Assembly (NCBI RefSeq): GCF_009914755.1
Contig: NC_060936.1
Source: the human T2T-CHM13v2.0 reference genome, Homo sapiens
Length of the DNA: 64,000 nucleotides
Strand: one strand, 5' to 3'
Position numbers and translations under genes: made by a program
In this document: positions 63,201 to 64,000 of the stretch, piece by piece
How positions within the stretch are numbered: the first letter of the stretch is position 1
How the letters are laid out: each line of letters starts with the position of its first letter
Notes under the pieces: model-generated
What the model saw: the letters and a program-made list of their open reading frames with translations, nothing else
Told to the model about the DNA's origin: nothing
The model's database searches: none

Positions 63201-64000
63201 TTTTCTTCTTCTTCTTTCCCCAACCACTCATATAAACAATGAAAGTCAGAGGCAGGTGAAATGATTGATATCAAAGTTCTAGCAAAACTCTGAATGTGTG
63301 TTGCAGTTTTTCCTCTTACAAAATATCAGATATATACAATCTAACTTTTATGATTTTAAGGTTGAAATTTTTATGTTTTTCTGATTTGTTCAATTTCACA
63401 TAATTACTGAGAAATTCATAGCTAGCAAAAAGAAGTCTTTGCTCACGTGTTTTCATTCTCCTCTAGCTAGGGATAATCAAATAAGTGGTCTCTATACTCA
63501 ACAGGTAATATTTTGGAGATAGTATTTTGTTTTTCTGAGGTTCCAAAAAAACATTGATTACCTGAATTTGTCTTCATTGAGTATCCACATATAATCTGTA
63601 CATATCAACTAAAGAGTTGAATGATTCTGAATGCTAAGCTAATATACATTCACAGTGGTTAGTATTCTTAAAATGTTTTGCAGATTAATTGAAGATTTTT
63701 ACCTTGAAATTTCTGAGTGTCTTAAGTCTTCGTGGCTATAAGATATCATATGTGGCCAAAGTTTTCCGGGATGGTAGTGATAATCAAGTAAATACATGAG
63801 GTAATTTTAAAGCAGTTTTCCCCTATAGGTATAGCGAGACCAATGTCTTGGAAAAAAGGAAGTTCCTCCCAAAGACATTTTTTCCCCTATTTGTAAAACA
63901 TGTAAAAAAAAGTGGCTTATTGGACAATTATTTTATAGTTCAATAAATATATATAATTCAATAAATATATAGTTCAATAAATATAAAAATTAACATGGAT

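Overview
Primate (human-type) genomic DNA, AT-rich and repeat-dense. The window holds the 3' part of the synaptotagmin-10 gene (SYT10) on the minus strand. Five coding exons (46568-46001, 24490-24370, 21719-21548, 19160-19031, 16098-16027) have GT-AG boundaries and compatible phases, and splice into the linker, C2A, C2B and C-terminal tail (353 codons plus stop). The N-terminal/TM exons lie beyond the right edge. The rest is 3'UTR, introns and downstream DNA with about 22 Alus, old L1M/L2/MIR fragments, MaLR LTRs, a MER1B, two MADE1 MITEs and a 2.1-kb L1PA fragment. Nearly all other ORFs in the track are Alu/L1 or chance ORFs. I see no new gene system. The most unusual signals are DNA-repair or rearrangement fossils and splicing oddities: (i) a tailless Alu piece apparently copied from its neighbouring Alu, with a fold-back hairpin and a 14-bp duplication; (ii) a MADE1-L1PA composite with both L1 ends truncated, inside a degenerate direct repeat; (iii) a ~1.2-kb inversion inside one L2, with 13-bp inverted repeats at the breakpoints; (iv) a MADE1 hairpin whose loop became A34; (v) a UG-repeat 3' splice site on the C2A exon and a pyrimidine-poor acceptor on the penultimate exon. 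Repeat subfamily calls come from recalled consensus features and were not computed.
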